DNA from: Eledone cirrhosa
Lineage: Eukaryota
Length of the DNA stretch: 64,000 bases
Assembly (NCBI GenBank): GCA_964016885.1
Contig: OZ024753.1
Span: 15,624,001-15,688,000, forward strand
Reading direction: 5' to 3'
Each line of letters opens with the position of its first letter. Position 1 is the stretch's first letter. The notes below the pieces were generated by a model. It worked only from the letters and a program-made list of their open reading frames with translations. It made no database searches and was not told the origin of the DNA. Both the position numbers and the translations under genes were made by a program. Below, in pieces: positions 14,401-29,400 of this stretch.

Positions 14401-17400
14401 CCAAAGTACTATTGCAGCAGACCAAAGTACTATTCCAGCAGACCAAAGTACTATTCCAGCAGACCAAAGTACTATTCCAGCAGACCAAAGTACTATTCCA
14501 GCAGACCAAAGTACTATTCCAGCAGACCAAAGTACTATTCCAGCAGACCAAAGTACTATTCCAGCAGACCAAAGTACTATTCTAGCAGACCAAAGTACTA
14601 TTCCAGCAGACCAAAGTATTATTCCAGCAGACCAAAGTACTATTCCAGCAGACCAAATTACTATTCTAGCAGACCAAAGTACTATTCCAGCAGACCAAAG
14701 TACTATTCTAGCAGGCCAAAGTACTATTCCAGCAGACCAAAGTACTATTCCAGCAGACCAAAGTACTATTCCAGCAGACCAAAGTACTATTCTAGCAGAC
14801 CAAAGTACTATTCCAGCAGACCAAAGTACTATTCTAGCAGACCAAAGTACTATTCTAGCAGACCAAAGTACTATTCTAGCAGACCAAAGTACTATTCCAG
14901 CAGACAAAAGTACTATTCCAGCAGACCAAAGTACTATTCCAGCAGACCAAATTACTATTCCAGCAGACCAAATTACTATTCCAGCAGACGAAAGTACTAT
15001 TCCAGCAGACCAAAGTACTATTCCAGCAGACCAAAGTACTATTCCAGCAGACCAAAGTACTATTCCAGCAGACCAAAGTACTATTCCAGCAGACCAAAGT
15101 ACTATTCTAGCAGACCAAAGTACTATTCCAGCAGACCAAAGTACTATTCTAGCAGACCAAAGTACTATTCCAGCAGACCAAAGTACTATTCCAGCAGACC
15201 AAAGTACTATTCCAGCAGACCAAAGTACTATTCCAGCAGACCAAAGTACTATGCTAGCAGACCAAAGTACTATTCTAGCAGACCAAAGTACTATTCCAGC
15301 AGACCAAAGTACTATTCCAGCAGACCAAAGTACTATTCCAGCAGACCAAAGTACTATTCTAGCAGACCAAAGTACTATTCCAGCAGACCAAAGTACTATT
15401 CTAGCAGACCAAAGTACTATTCTAGCAGACCAAAGTACTATTGTAGCAGACCAAAGTACTATTCCAGCAGACGAAAGTACTATTCCAGCAGACCAAAGTA
15501 CTATTCCAGCAGACCAAAGTACTATTCTAGCAGACCAAACTACTATTCCAGCAGACCAAAGTACTATTCCAGCAGACCAAAGTACTATTCTAGCAGACCA
15601 AACTACTATTCCAGCAGACCAAAGTACTATTCCAGCAGACCAAAGTACTATTCTAGCAGACCAAAGTACTATTCCAGCAGACCAAAGTACTACTCCAGCA
15701 GACCAAAGTACTATTCCAGCAGACCAAAGTACTATTCTAGCAGACCAAAGTACTATTCCAGCAGTCCAAAGTACTATTCCAGCAGACCAAAGTACTATTC
15801 CAGCAGACCAAAGTACTATTCCAGCAGACCAAAGTACTATTCCAGCAGACCAAAGTACTATTCTAGCAGACCAAAGTACTATTCCAGCAGACCAAAGTAC
15901 TATTCTAGCAGACCAAAGTACTATTCCAGCAGACCAAAGTACTATTCCAGCAGACCAAAGTACTATTCCAGCAGACCAAAGTACTATTCCAGCAGACCAA
16001 AGTACTATTCTTGCAGACCAAAGTACTATTCTAGCAGACCAAAGTACTATTCCAGCACACCAAAGTACTGTTCCAGCAGACCAAAGTACTATTCCAGCAG
16101 ACCAAAGTACTATTCCAGCAGACCAAAGTACTATTCCAGCAAACCAAAGTACTATTCCAGCAGACCAAAGTACTATTCTAGCAGACCAAATTACTATTCC
16201 CGCAGACCAAAGAACTATTCCAGCAGACCAAAGTAGTATTGCAGCAGACCAAAGTAGTATTCCAGCAGACCAAAGTAGTATTGAGCAGACCAAAGTACTA
16301 TTCTAGCAGACCAAAGTACTATTCTAGCAGACCAAAGTACTATTCCAGCAGACGAAAGTACTATTCCAGCAGACCAAAGTACTATTCCAGCAGACCAAAG
16401 TACTATTCTAGCAGACCAAAGTAGTATTGCAGCAGACCAAAGTACTATTCCAGCAGACCAAAGTACTATTCCAGCAGACCAAAGTACTATTCTAGCAGAC
16501 CAAAGTAGTATTGCAGCAGACCAAAGTACTATTCCAGCAGACCAAAGTAGTATTGCAGCAGACCAAAGTACTATTCTAGCAGACCAAAGTACTATTCCAG
16601 CAGACCAAAGTACTATTCTAGCAGACCAAAGTACTATTCCCGCAGACCAAAGTACTATTCCAGTAGACCAAAGTACTATTCCAGCAGACCAAAGTACTAT
16701 TCTAGCAGACCAAAGTAGTATTGCAGCCCACCAAAATACTATTCCAGCAGACCAAAGTACTATTCCAGCAGACCAAAGTACTATTCCAGCAGACCAAAGT
16801 ACTATTCCAGCAGACCAAAGTACTATTCTAGCAGACCAAAGTAGTATTGCAGCAGACCAAAGTACTATTCCAGCAGACCAAAGTACTATTCCAGCAGACG
16901 AAAGTACTATTCTAGCAGACCAAAGTACTATTCCCGCAGACCAAAGTACTATTCCAGCAGACCAAAGTACTATTCTAGCAGACCAAAGTAGTATTGCAGC
17001 AGACCAAAGTAGTATTGCAACAGACCAAAGTACTATTCCACCAAACCAAAGTAGTATTGCAGCAGACCAAAGTACTATTTCAGCAGACCAAAGTACTATT
17101 CCAGCAGACCAAAGTACTATTCTAGCAGACCAAAGTACTATTCCCGCAGACCAAAGTACTATTCCAGCAGACCAAAGTAGTATTGCAGCAGACCAAAGTA
17201 CTATTGCAGCAGACCAAAGTACTATTCCAGCAGACCAAAGTACTATTCTAGCAGACCAAAGTACTATTCTAGCAGACCAAAGTACTATTCCAGCAGACCA
17301 AAGTACTATTCTAGCAGACCAAAGTAGTATTGCAGCAGACCAAAGTACTATTCCAGCAAACCAAAGTACTATTCCAGCAGACCAAAGTACTATTCTAGCA

Positions 17401-20400
17401 GACCAAATTACTATTCCCGCAGACCAGAGTACTATTCCAGCAGACCAAAGTAGTATTGCAGCAGACCAAAGTACTAATCCAGCAGACCAGAGTACTATTC
17501 TAGCAGACCAAAGTACTATTCCCGCAGACCTAAGTACTATTCCAGCAGACCAAAGTAGTATTGCAGCAGACCAAAGTACTATTCCAGCAGACCAAAGTAC
17601 TATTCTAGCAGACCAAAGTAGTATTGCAGCAGACCAAAGTACTATTCCAGCAAACCAAAGTACTATTCCAGCAGACCAAAGTACTATTCTAGCAGACCAA
17701 ATTACTATTCCCGCAGACCAAAGTACTATTCCAGCAGACCAAAGTAGTATTGCAGCAGACCAAAGTAGTATTCCAGCAGACCAAAGTAGTATTGCAGCAG
17801 ACAAAAGTACTATTCTAGCAGACCAAAGTACTATTCCCGCAGACCAAAGTACTATTCCAGCAGACCAAAGTACTATTCCAGCAGACCAAAGTACTATTGT
17901 AGCAGACCAAAGTACTATTCCCGCAGACCAAAGTACTATTCCAGCAGACCAAAGTACTATTGCAGCAGACCAAAGTAGTATTGCAGCAGACCAAAGTACT
18001 ATTCCAGCAGACCAAAGTACTATTGCAGCAGACCAAAGTACTATTGCAGCAGACCAAAGTACTATTCCAGCAGACCAAAGTACTATTCCAGCAGACCAAA
18101 GTACTATTCCAGCAGACCAAAGTACTATTCCAGCAGACCAAAGTACTATTCCAGCAGACCAAAGTACTATTCCAGCAGACCAAAGTACTATTCTAGCAGA
18201 CCAAAGTACTATTCCAGCAGACCAAAGTACTATTCCAGCAGACCAAAGTACTATTCCAGCAGACCAAATTACTATTCTAGCAGACCAAAGTACTATTCCA
18301 GCAGACCAAAGTACTATTCTAGCAGGCCAAAGTACTATTCCAGCAGACCAAAGTACTATTCCAGCAGACCAAAGTACTATTCCAGCAGACCAAAGTACTA
18401 TTCTAGCAGACCAAAGTACTATTCCAGCAGACCAAAGTACTATTCTAGCAGACCAAAGTACTATTCTAGCAGACCAAAGTACTATTCTAGCAGACCAAAG
18501 TACTATTCCAGCAGACAAAAGTACTATTCCAGCAGACCAAAGTACTATTCCAGCAGACCAAATTACTATTCCAGCAGACCAAATTACTATTCCAGCAGAC
18601 GAAAGTACTATTCCAGCAGACCAAAGTACTATTCCAGCAGACCAAAGTACTATTCCAGCAGACCAAAGTACTATTCCAGCAGACCAAAGTACTATTCCAG
18701 CAGACCAAAGTACTATTCTAGCAGACCAAAGTACTATTCCAGCAGACCAAAGTACTATTCTAGCAGACCAAAGTACTATTCCAGCAGACCAAAGTACTAT
18801 TCCAGCAGACCAAAGTACTATTCCAGCAGACCAAAGTACTATTCCAGCAGACCAAAGTACTATGCTAGCAGACCAAAGAACTATTCTAGCAGACCAAAGT
18901 ACTATTCCAGCAGACCAAAGTACTATTCCAGCAGACCAAAGTACTATTCCAGCAGACCAAAGTACTATTCTAGCAGACCAAAGTACTATTCCAGCAGACC
19001 AAAGTACTATTCTAGCAGACCAAAGTACTATTCTAGCAGACCAAAGTACTATTGTAGCAGACCAAAGTACTATTCCAGCAGACGAAAGTACTATTCCAGC
19101 AGACCAAAGTACTATTCCAGCAGACCAAAGTACTATTCTAGCAGACCAAACTACTATTCCAGCAGACCAAAGTACTATTCCAGCAGACCAAAGTACTATT
19201 CTAGCAGACCAAAGTACTATTCCAGCAGACCAAAGTACTATTCTAGCAGACCAAAGTACTATTCCAGCAGTCCAAAGTACTATTCCAGCAGACCAAAGTA
19301 CTATTCCAGCAGACCAAAGTACTATTCCAGCAGACCAAAGTACTATTCCAGCAGACCAAAGTACTATTCTAGCAGACCAAAGTACTATTCCAGCAGACCA
19401 AAGTACTATTCTAGCAGACCAAAGTACTATTCCAGCAGACCAAAGTACTATTCCAGCAGACCAAAGTACTATTCCAGCAGACCAAAGTACTATTCCAGCA
19501 GACCAAAGTACTATTCTTGCAGACCAAAGTACTATTCTAGCAGACCAAAGTACTATTCCAGCACACCAATGTACTGTTCCAGCAGACCAAAGTACTATTC
19601 CAGCAGACCAAAGTACTATTCCAGCAGACCAAATTACTATTCCAGCAGACCAAATTACTATTCCAGCAGACCAAAGTACTATTCCAGCAGACCAATGTAG
19701 CATTGCAGCAGACCAAAGTACTATTCTAGCAGACCAAAGTACTATTCCCGCAGACCTAAGTACTATTCCAGCAGACCAAAGTAGTATTGCAGCAGACCAA
19801 AGTACTATTCTAGCAGACCAAATTACTATTCCCGCAGACCAAAGTACTATTCCAGCAGACCAAAGTACTATTCTAGCAGACCAAAGTAGTATTGCAGCAG
19901 ACCAAAGTAGTATTGCAACAGACCAAAGTACTATTCCAGCAAACCAAAGTACACTTTCCAGCAGACCAAAGTACTATTCTAGCAGACCAAATTACTATTC
20001 CCGCAGACCAAAGTACTATTCCAGCAGACCAAAGTAGTATTGCAGCAGACCAAAGTAGTATTCCAGCAGACCAAAGTAGTATTGAGCAGACCAAAGTACT
20101 ATTCTAGCAGACCAAAGTACTATTCTAGCAGACCAAAGTACTATTCCAGCAGACGAAAGTACTATTCCAGCAGACCAAAGTACTATTCCAGCAGACCAAA
20201 GTACTATTCTAGCAGTCCAAAGTAGTATTCCAGCAGACCAAAGTAGTATTGCAGCAGACCAAAGTACTATTCCAGCAGACCAAAGTACTATTCTAGCAGA
20301 CCAAAGTAGTATTCTAGCAGACCAAAGTAGTATTGCAGCAGACCAAAGTACTATTCCAGCAGACCAAAGTACTATTCCAGCAGACCAAAGTACTATTCTA

Positions 20401-23400
20401 GCAGACCAAAGTAGTATTGCAGCAGACCAAAGTACTATTCCAGCAGACCAAAGTACTATTCCAGCAGACCAAAGTACTATTCTAGCAGACCAAAGTACTA
20501 TTCTAGCAGACCAAAGTAGTATTGCAGCAGACCAAAGTACTATTCCAGCAGACCAAAGTACTATTCCAGCAGACCAAAGTACTATTGCAGCAGACCAAAG
20601 TAGTATTGCAGCAGACCAAAGTACTATTCCAGCAGACCAAAGTACTATTGCAGCAGACCAAAGTACTATTGCAGCAGACCAAAGTACTATTCCAGCAGAC
20701 CAAAGTACTATTCCAGCAGACCAAAGTACTATTCCAGCAGACCAAAGTACTATTCCAGCAGACCAAAGTACTATTCCAGCAGACCAAAGTACTATTCCAG
20801 CAGACCAAAGTACTATTCTAGCAGACCAAAGTACTATTCCAGCAGACCAAAGTACTATTCCAGCAGACCAAAGTACTATTCCAGCAGACCAAATTACTAT
20901 TCTAGCAGACCAAAGTACTATTCCAGCAGACCAAAGTACTATTCTAGCAGGCCAAAGTACTATTCCAGCAGACCAAAGTACTATTCCAGCAGACCAAAGT
21001 ACTATTCCAGCAGACCAAAGTACTATTCTAGCAGACCAAAGTACTATTCCAGCAGACCAAAGTACTATTCTAGCAGACCAAAGTACTATTCTAGCAGACC
21101 AAAGTACTATTCTAGCAGACCAAAGAACTATTCCAGCAGACAAAAGTACTATTCCAGCAGACCAAAGTACTATTCCAGCAGACCAAATTACTATTCCAGC
21201 AGACCAAATTACTATTCCAGCAGACGAAAGTACTATTCCAGCAGACCAAAGTACTATTCCAGCAGACCAAAGTACTATTCCAGCAGACCAAAGTACTATT
21301 CCAGCAGACCAAAGTACTATTCCAGCAGACCAAAGTACTATTCTAGCAGACCAAAGTACTATTCCAGCAGACCAAAGTACTATTCTAGCAGACCAAAGTA
21401 CTATTCCAGCAGACCAAAGTACTATTCCAGCAGACCAAAGTACTATTCCAGCAGACCAAAGTACTATTCCAGCAGACCAAAGTACTATGCTAGCAGACCA
21501 AAGTACTATTCTAGCAGACCAAAGTACTATTCCAGCAGACCAAAGTACTATTCCAGCAGACCAAAGTACTATTCCAGCAGACCAAAGTACTATTCTAGCA
21601 GACCAAAGTACTATTCCAGCAGACCAAAGTACTATTCTAGCAGACCAAAGTACTATTCTAGCAGACCAAAGTACTATTGTAGCAGACCAAAGTACTATTC
21701 CAGCAGACGAAAGTACTATTCCAGCAGACCAAAGTACTATTCCAGCAGACCAAAGTACTATTCTAGCAGACCAAACTACTATTCCAGCAGACCAAAGTAC
21801 TATTCCAGCAGACCAAAGTACTATTCTAGCAGACCAAAGTACTATTCCAGCAGACCAAAGTACTATTCTAGCAGACCAAAGTACTATTCCAGCAGTCCAA
21901 AGTACTATTCCAGCAGACCAAAGTACTATTCCAGCAGACCAAAGTACTATTCCAGCAGACCAAAGTACTATTCCAGCAGACCAAAGTACTATTCTAGCAG
22001 ACCAAAGTACTATTCCAGCAGACCAAAGTACTATTCTAGCAGACCAAAGTACTATTCCAGCAGACCAAAGTACTATTCCAGCAGACCAAAGTACTATTCC
22101 AGCAGACCAAAGTACTATTCCAGCAGACCAAAGTACTATTCTTGCAGACCAAAGTACTATTCTAGCAGACCAAAGTACTATTCCAGCACACCAATGTACT
22201 GTTCCAGCAGACCAAAGTACTATTCCAGCAGACCAAAGTACTATTCCAGCAGACCAAATTACTATTCCAGCAGACCAAATTACTATTCCAGCAGACCAAA
22301 GTACTATTCCAGCAGACCAATGTAGCATTGCAGCAGACCAAAGTACTATTCTAGCAGACCAAAGTACTATTCCCGCAGACCTAAGTACTATTCCAGCAGA
22401 CCAAAGTAGTATTGCAGCAGACCAAAGTACTATTCTAGCAGACCAAATTACTATTCCCGCAGACCAAAGTACTATTCCAGCAGACCAAAGTACTATTCTA
22501 GCAGACCAAAGTAGTATTGCAGCAGACCAAAGTAGTATTGCAACAGACCAAAGTACTATTCCAGCAAACCAAAGTACACTTTCCAGCAGACCAAAGTACT
22601 ATTCTAGCAGACCAAATTACTATTCCCGCAGACCAAAGTACTATTCCAGCAGACCAAAGTAGTATTGCAGCAGACCAAAGTAGTATTCCAGCAGACCAAA
22701 GTAGTATTGAGCAGACCAAAGTACTATTCTAGCAGACCAAAGTACTATTCTAGCAGACCAAAGTACTATTCCAGCAGACGAAAGTACTATTCCAGCAGAC
22801 CAAAGTACTATTCCAGCAGACCAAAGTACTATTCTAGCAGTCCAAAGTAGTATTCCAGCAGACCAAAGTAGTATTGCAGCAGACCAAAGTACTATTCCAG
22901 CAGACCAAAGTACTATTCTAGCAGACCAAAGTAGTATTCTAGCAGACCAAAGTAGTATTGCAGCAGACCAAAGTACTATTCCAGCAGACCAAAGTACTAT
23001 TCCAGCAGACCAAAGTACTATTCTAGCAGACCAAAGTAGTATTGCAGCAGACCAAAGTACTATTCCAGCAGACCAAAGTACTATTCCAGCAGACCAAAGT
23101 ACTATTCTAGCAGACCAAAGTACTATTCTAGCAGACCAAAGTAGTATTGCAGCAGACCAAAGTACTATTCCAGCAGACCAAAGTACTATTCCAGCAGACC
23201 AAAGTACTATTCTAGCAGACCAAAGTACTATTCCAGCAGACCAAAGTACTATTCTAGCAGACGTAAGTACTATTCCAGCAGACCAAAGTACTATTCCAGT
23301 AGACCAAAGTACTATTCCAGCAGACCAAAGTACTATTCTAGCAGACCAAAGTAGTATTGCAGCCCACCAAAATACTATTCCAGAAGACCAAAGTACTATT

Positions 23401-26400
23401 CCAGCAGACCAAAGTACTATTCCAGCAGACCAAAGTACTATTCCAGCAGACCAAAGTACTATTCCAGCAGACCAAAGTACTATTCCAGCAGACCAAAGTA
23501 CTATTCCAGCAGACCAAAGTACTATTCTAGCAGACCAAAGTACTATTCCCGCAGACCAAAGTACTATTCCAGCAGACCAAAGTAGTATTGCAGCAGACCA
23601 AAGTACTATTCCAGCAGACCAAAGTACTATTCTAGCAGACCAAAGTACTATTCCCGCAGACCTAAGTACTATTCCAGCAGACCAAAGTAGTATTGCAGCA
23701 GACCAAAGTACTATTCCAGCAGACCAAAGTACTATTCCAGCAGACCAAAGTACTATTCCAGCAGACCAAAGTACTATTCCAGCAGACCAAAGTACTATTC
23801 TAGCAGACCAAAGTACTATTCCAGCAGACGAAAGTACTATTCCAGCAGACCAAAGTACTATTCCAGCAGAAGATAGTACTATTCTAGCAGACCAAAGTAC
23901 TATTCCAGCAGACCAAAGTACTATTCTAGCAGGCCAAAGTACTATTCCAGCAGACCAAAGTACTATTCCAGCAGACCAAAGTACTATTCCAGCAGACCAA
24001 AGTACTATTCTAGCAGACCAAAGTACTATTCCAGCAGACCAAATTACTATTCCAGCAGACCAAATTACTATTCCAGCAGACCAAAATACTATTCCAGCAG
24101 ACCAAAGTACTATTCCAGCAGACCAAAGTACTATTCCAGCAGACCAAAGTACTATTCCAGCAGACCAAAGTACTATTCCAGCAGACCAAAGTACTATTCT
24201 AGCAGACCAAAGTACTATTCCAGCAGACCAAAGTACTATTCTAGCAGACCAAAGTACTATTCCCGCAGACCTAAGTACTATTCCAGCAGACCAAAGTAGT
24301 ATTGCAGCAGACCAAAGTACTATTCCAGCAGACCAAAGTACTATTCCAGCAGACCAAAGTACTATTCCAGCAGACCAAAGTACTATTCTAGCAGACCAAA
24401 GTACTATTCCAGCAGACCAAAGTACTATTCCAGCAGACCAAAGTACTATTCCAGCAGAAGATAGTACTATTCTAGCAGACCAAAGTACTATTCCAGCAGA
24501 CCAAAGTACTATTCTAGCAGACCAAAGTACTATTCTAGCAGACCAAAGTACTATTCCAGCAGTCCAAAGTACTATTCCAGCAGACCAAAGTACTATTCCA
24601 GCAGACCAAAGTACTATTCCAGCAGACCAAAGTACTATTCCAGCAGACCAAAGTACTATTCTAGCAGACCAAAGTACTATTCCAGCAGACCAAAGTACTA
24701 TTCTAGCAGACCAAAGTACTATTCCAGCAGACCAAAGTACTATTCCAGCAGACCAAAGTACTATTCCAGCAGACCAAAGTACTATTCCAGCAGACCAAAG
24801 TACTATTCTTGCAGACCAAAGTACTATTCTAGCAGACCAAAGTACTATTCCAGCACACCAAAGTACTGTTCCAGCAGACCAAAGTACTATTCCAGCAGAC
24901 CAAAGTACTATTCCAGCAGACCAAATTACTATTCCAGCAGACCAAATTACTATTCCAGCAGACCAAAGTACTATTCCAGCAGACCAATGTAGCATTGCAG
25001 CAGACCAAAGTACTATTCTAGCAGACCAAAGTACTATTCCCGCAGACCTAAGTACTATTCCAGCAGACCAAAGTAGTATTGCAGCAGACCAAAGTACTAT
25101 TCTAGCAGACCAAATTACTATTCCCGCAGACCAAAGTACTATTCCAGCAGACCAAAGTACTATTCTAGCAGACCAAAGTAGTATTGCAGCAGACCAAAGT
25201 AGTATTGCAACAGACCAAAGTACTATTCCAGCAAACCAAAGTACACTTTCCAGCAGACCAAAGTACTATTCTAGCAGACCAAATTACTATTCCCGCAGAC
25301 CAAAGTACTATTCCAGCAGACCAAAGTAGTATTGCAGCAGACCAAAGTAGTATTCCAGCAGACCAAAGTAGTATTGAGCAGACCAAAGTACTATTCTAGC
25401 AGACCAAAGTACTATTCTAGCAGACCAAAGTACTATTCCAGCAGACGAAAGTACTATTCCAGCAGACCAAAGTACTATTCCAGCAGACCAAAGTACTATT
25501 CTAGCAGTCCAAAGTAGTATTCCAGCAGACCAAAGTAGTATTGCAGCAGACCAAAGTACTATTCCAGCAGACCAAAGTACTATTCTAGCAGACCAAAGTA
25601 GTATTCTAGCAGACCAAAGTAGTATTGCAGCAGACCAAAGTACTATTCCAGCAGACCAAAGTACTATTCCAGCAGACCAAAGTACTATTCTAGCAGACCA
25701 AAGTAGTATTGCAGCAGACCAAAGTACTATTCCAGCAGACCAAAGTACTATTCCAGCAGACCAAAGTACTATTCTAGCAGACCAAAGTACTATTCTAGCA
25801 GACCAAAGTAGTATTGCAGCAGACCAAAGTACTATTCCAGCAGACCAAAGTACTATTCCAGCAGACCAAAGTACTATTCTAGCAGACCAAAGTACTATTC
25901 CAGCAGACCAAAGTACTATTCTAGCAGACGTAAGTACTATTCCAGCAGACCAAAGTACTATTCCAGTAGACCAAAGTACTATTCCAGCAGACCAAAGTAC
26001 TATTCTAGCAGACCAAAGTAGTATTGCAGCCCACCAAAATACTATTCCAGAAGACCAAAGTACTATTCCAGCAGACCAAAGTACTATTCCAGCAGACCAA
26101 AGTACTATTCCAGCAGACCAAAGTACTATTCCAGCAGACCAAAGTACTATTCCAGCAGACCAAAGTACTATTCCAGCAGACCAAAGTACTATTCTAGCAG
26201 ACCAAAGTACTATTCCCGCAGACCAAAGTACTATTCCAGCAGACCAAAGTAGTATTGCAGCAGACCAAAGTACTATTCCAGCAGACCAAAGTACTATTCT
26301 AGCAGACCAAAGTACTATTCCCGCAGACCTAAGTACTATTCCAGCAGACCAAAGTAGTATTGCAGCAGACCAAAGTACTATTCCAGCAGACCAAAGTACT

Positions 26401-29400
26401 ATTCCAGCAGACCAAAGTACTATTCCAGCAGACCAAAGTACTATTCCAGCAGACCAAAGTACTATTCTAGCAGACCAAAGTACTATTCCAGCAGACGAAA
26501 GTACTATTCCAGCAGACCAAAGTACTATTCCAGCAGAAGATAGTACTATTCTAGCTGACCAAAGTACTATTCCAGCAGACCAAAGTACTATTCTAGCAGG
26601 CCAAAGTACTATTCCAGCAGACCAAAGTACTATTCCAGCAGACCAAAGTACTATTCCAGCAGACCAAAGTACTATTCTAGCAGACCAAAGTACTATTCCA
26701 GCAGACCAAATTACTATTCCAGCAGACCAAATTACTATTCCAGCAGACCAAAATACTATTCCAGCAGACCAAAGTACTATTCCAGCAGACCAAAGTACTA
26801 TTCCAGCAGACCAAAGTACTATTCCAGCAGACCAAAGTACTATTCCAGCAGACCAAAGTACTATTCTAGCAGACCAAAGTACTATTCCAGCAGACCAAAG
26901 TACTATTCTAGCAGACCAAAGTACTATTCCCGCAGACCTAAGTACTATTCCAGCAGACCAAAGTAGTATTGCAGCAGACCAAAGTACTATTCCAGCAGAC
27001 CAAAGTACTATTCCAGCAGACCAAAGTACTATTCCAGCAGACCAAAGTACTATTCTAGCAGACCAAAGTACTATTCCAGCAGACCAAAGTACTATTCCAG
27101 CAGACCAAAGTACTATTCCAGCAGAAGATAGTACTATTCTAGCAGACCAAAGTACTATTCCAGCAGACCAAAGTACTATTCTAGCAGACCAAAGTACTAT
27201 TCTAGCAGACCAAAGTACTATTCCAGCAGTCCAAAGTACTATTCCAGCAGACCAAAGTACTATTCCAGCAGACCAAAGTACTATTCCAGCAGACCAAAGT
27301 ACTATTCCAGCAGACCAAAGTACTATTCTAGCAGACCAAAGTACTATTCCAGCAGACCAAAGTACTATTCTAGCAGACCAAAGTACTATTCCAGCAGACC
27401 AAAGTACTATTCCAGCAGACCAAAGTACTATTCCAGCAGACCAAAGTACTATTCCAGCAGACCAAAGTACTATTCTTGCAGACCAAAGTACTATTCTAGC
27501 AGACCAAAGTACTATTCCAGCACACCAAAGTACTGTTCCAGCAGACCAAAGTACTATTCCAGCAGACCAAAGTACTATTCCAGCAGACCAAATTACTATT
27601 CCAGCAGACCAAATTACTATTCCAGCAGACCAAAGTACTATTCCAGCAGACCAATGTAGCATTGCAGCAGACCAAAGTACTATTCTAGCAGACCAAAGTA
27701 CTATTCCCGCAGACCTAAGTACTATTCCAGCAGACCAAAGTAGTATTGCAGCAGACCAAAGTACTATTCTAGCAGACCAAATTACTATTCCCGCAGACCA
27801 AAGTACTATTCCAGCAGACCAAAGTACTATTCTAGCAGACCAAAGTAGTATTGCAGCAGACCAAAGTAGTATTGCAACAGACCAAAGTACTATTCCAGCA
27901 AACCAAAGTACTATTCCAGCAGACCAAAGTACTATTCTAGCAGACCAAATTACTATTCCCACAGACCAAAGTACTATTCCAGCAGACCAAAGTAGTATTG
28001 CAGCAGACCAAAGTAGTATTCCAGCAGACCAAAGTAGTATTGAGCAGACCAAAGTACTATTCTAGCAGACCAAAGTACTATTCTAGCAGACCAAAGTACT
28101 ATTCCAGCAGACGAAAGTACTATTCCAGCAGACCAAAGTACTATTCCAGCAGACCAAAGTACTATTCTAGCAGACCAAAGTAGTATTCCAGCAGACCAAA
28201 GTAGTATTGCAGCAGACCAAAGTACTATTCCAGCAGACCAAAGTACTATTCTAGCAGACCAAAGTAGTATTCTAGCAGACCAAAGTAGTATTGCAGCAGA
28301 CCAAAGTACTATTCCAGCAGACCAAAGTACTATTCCAGCAGACCAAAGTACTATTCTAGCAGACCAAAGTAGTATTGCAGCAGACCAAAGTACTATTCCA
28401 GCAGACCAAAGTACTATTCCAGCAGACCAAAGTACTATTCTAGCAGACCAAAGTACTATTCTAGCAGACCAAAGTAGTATTGCAGCAGACCAAAGTACTA
28501 TTCCAGCAGACCAAAGTACTATTCCAGCAGACCAAAGTACTATTCTAGCAGACCAAAGTACTATTCCAGCAGACCAAAGTACTATTCTAGCAGACGTAAG
28601 TACTATTCCAGCAGACCAAAGTACTATTCCAGTAGACCAAAGTACTATTCCAGCAGACCAAAGTACTATTCTAGCAGACCAAAGTAGTATTGCAGCCCAC
28701 CAAAATACTATTCCAGAAGACCAAAGTACTATTCCAGCAGACCAAAGTTCTATTCCAGCAGACCAAAGTACTATTCCAGCAGACCAAAGTACTATTCCAG
28801 CAGACCAAAGTACTATTCCAGCAGACCAAAGTACTATTCTAGCAGACCAAAGTACTATTCCCGCAGACCAAAGTACTATTCCAGCAGACCAAAGTAGTAT
28901 TGCAGCAGACCAAAGTACTATTCCAGCAGACCAAAGTACTATTCCAGCAGACCAAAGTACTATTCTAGCAGACCAAAGTACTATTCCCGCAGACCAAAGT
29001 ACTATTCCAGCAGACCAAAGTAGTATTGCAGCAGACCAAAGTACTATTGCAGCAGACCAAATTACTATTCCAGCTGACCAAAGTACTATTCTAGCAGACC
29101 AAAGTACTATTCTAGCAGACCAAAGTACTATTCCAGCAGACCAAAGTACTATTCTAGCAGACCAAAGTAGTATTGCAGCAGACCAAAGTACTATTCCAGC
29201 AAACCAAAGTACTATTCCAGCAGACCAAAGTACTATTCTAGCAGACCAAATTACTATTCCCGCAGACCAAAGTACTATTCCAGCAGACCAAAGTAGTATT
29301 GCAGCAGACCAAAGTACTATTCCAGCAGACCAAAGTACTATTCTAGCAGACCAAAGTACTATTCCCGCAGACCTAAGTACTATTCCAGCAGACCAAAGTA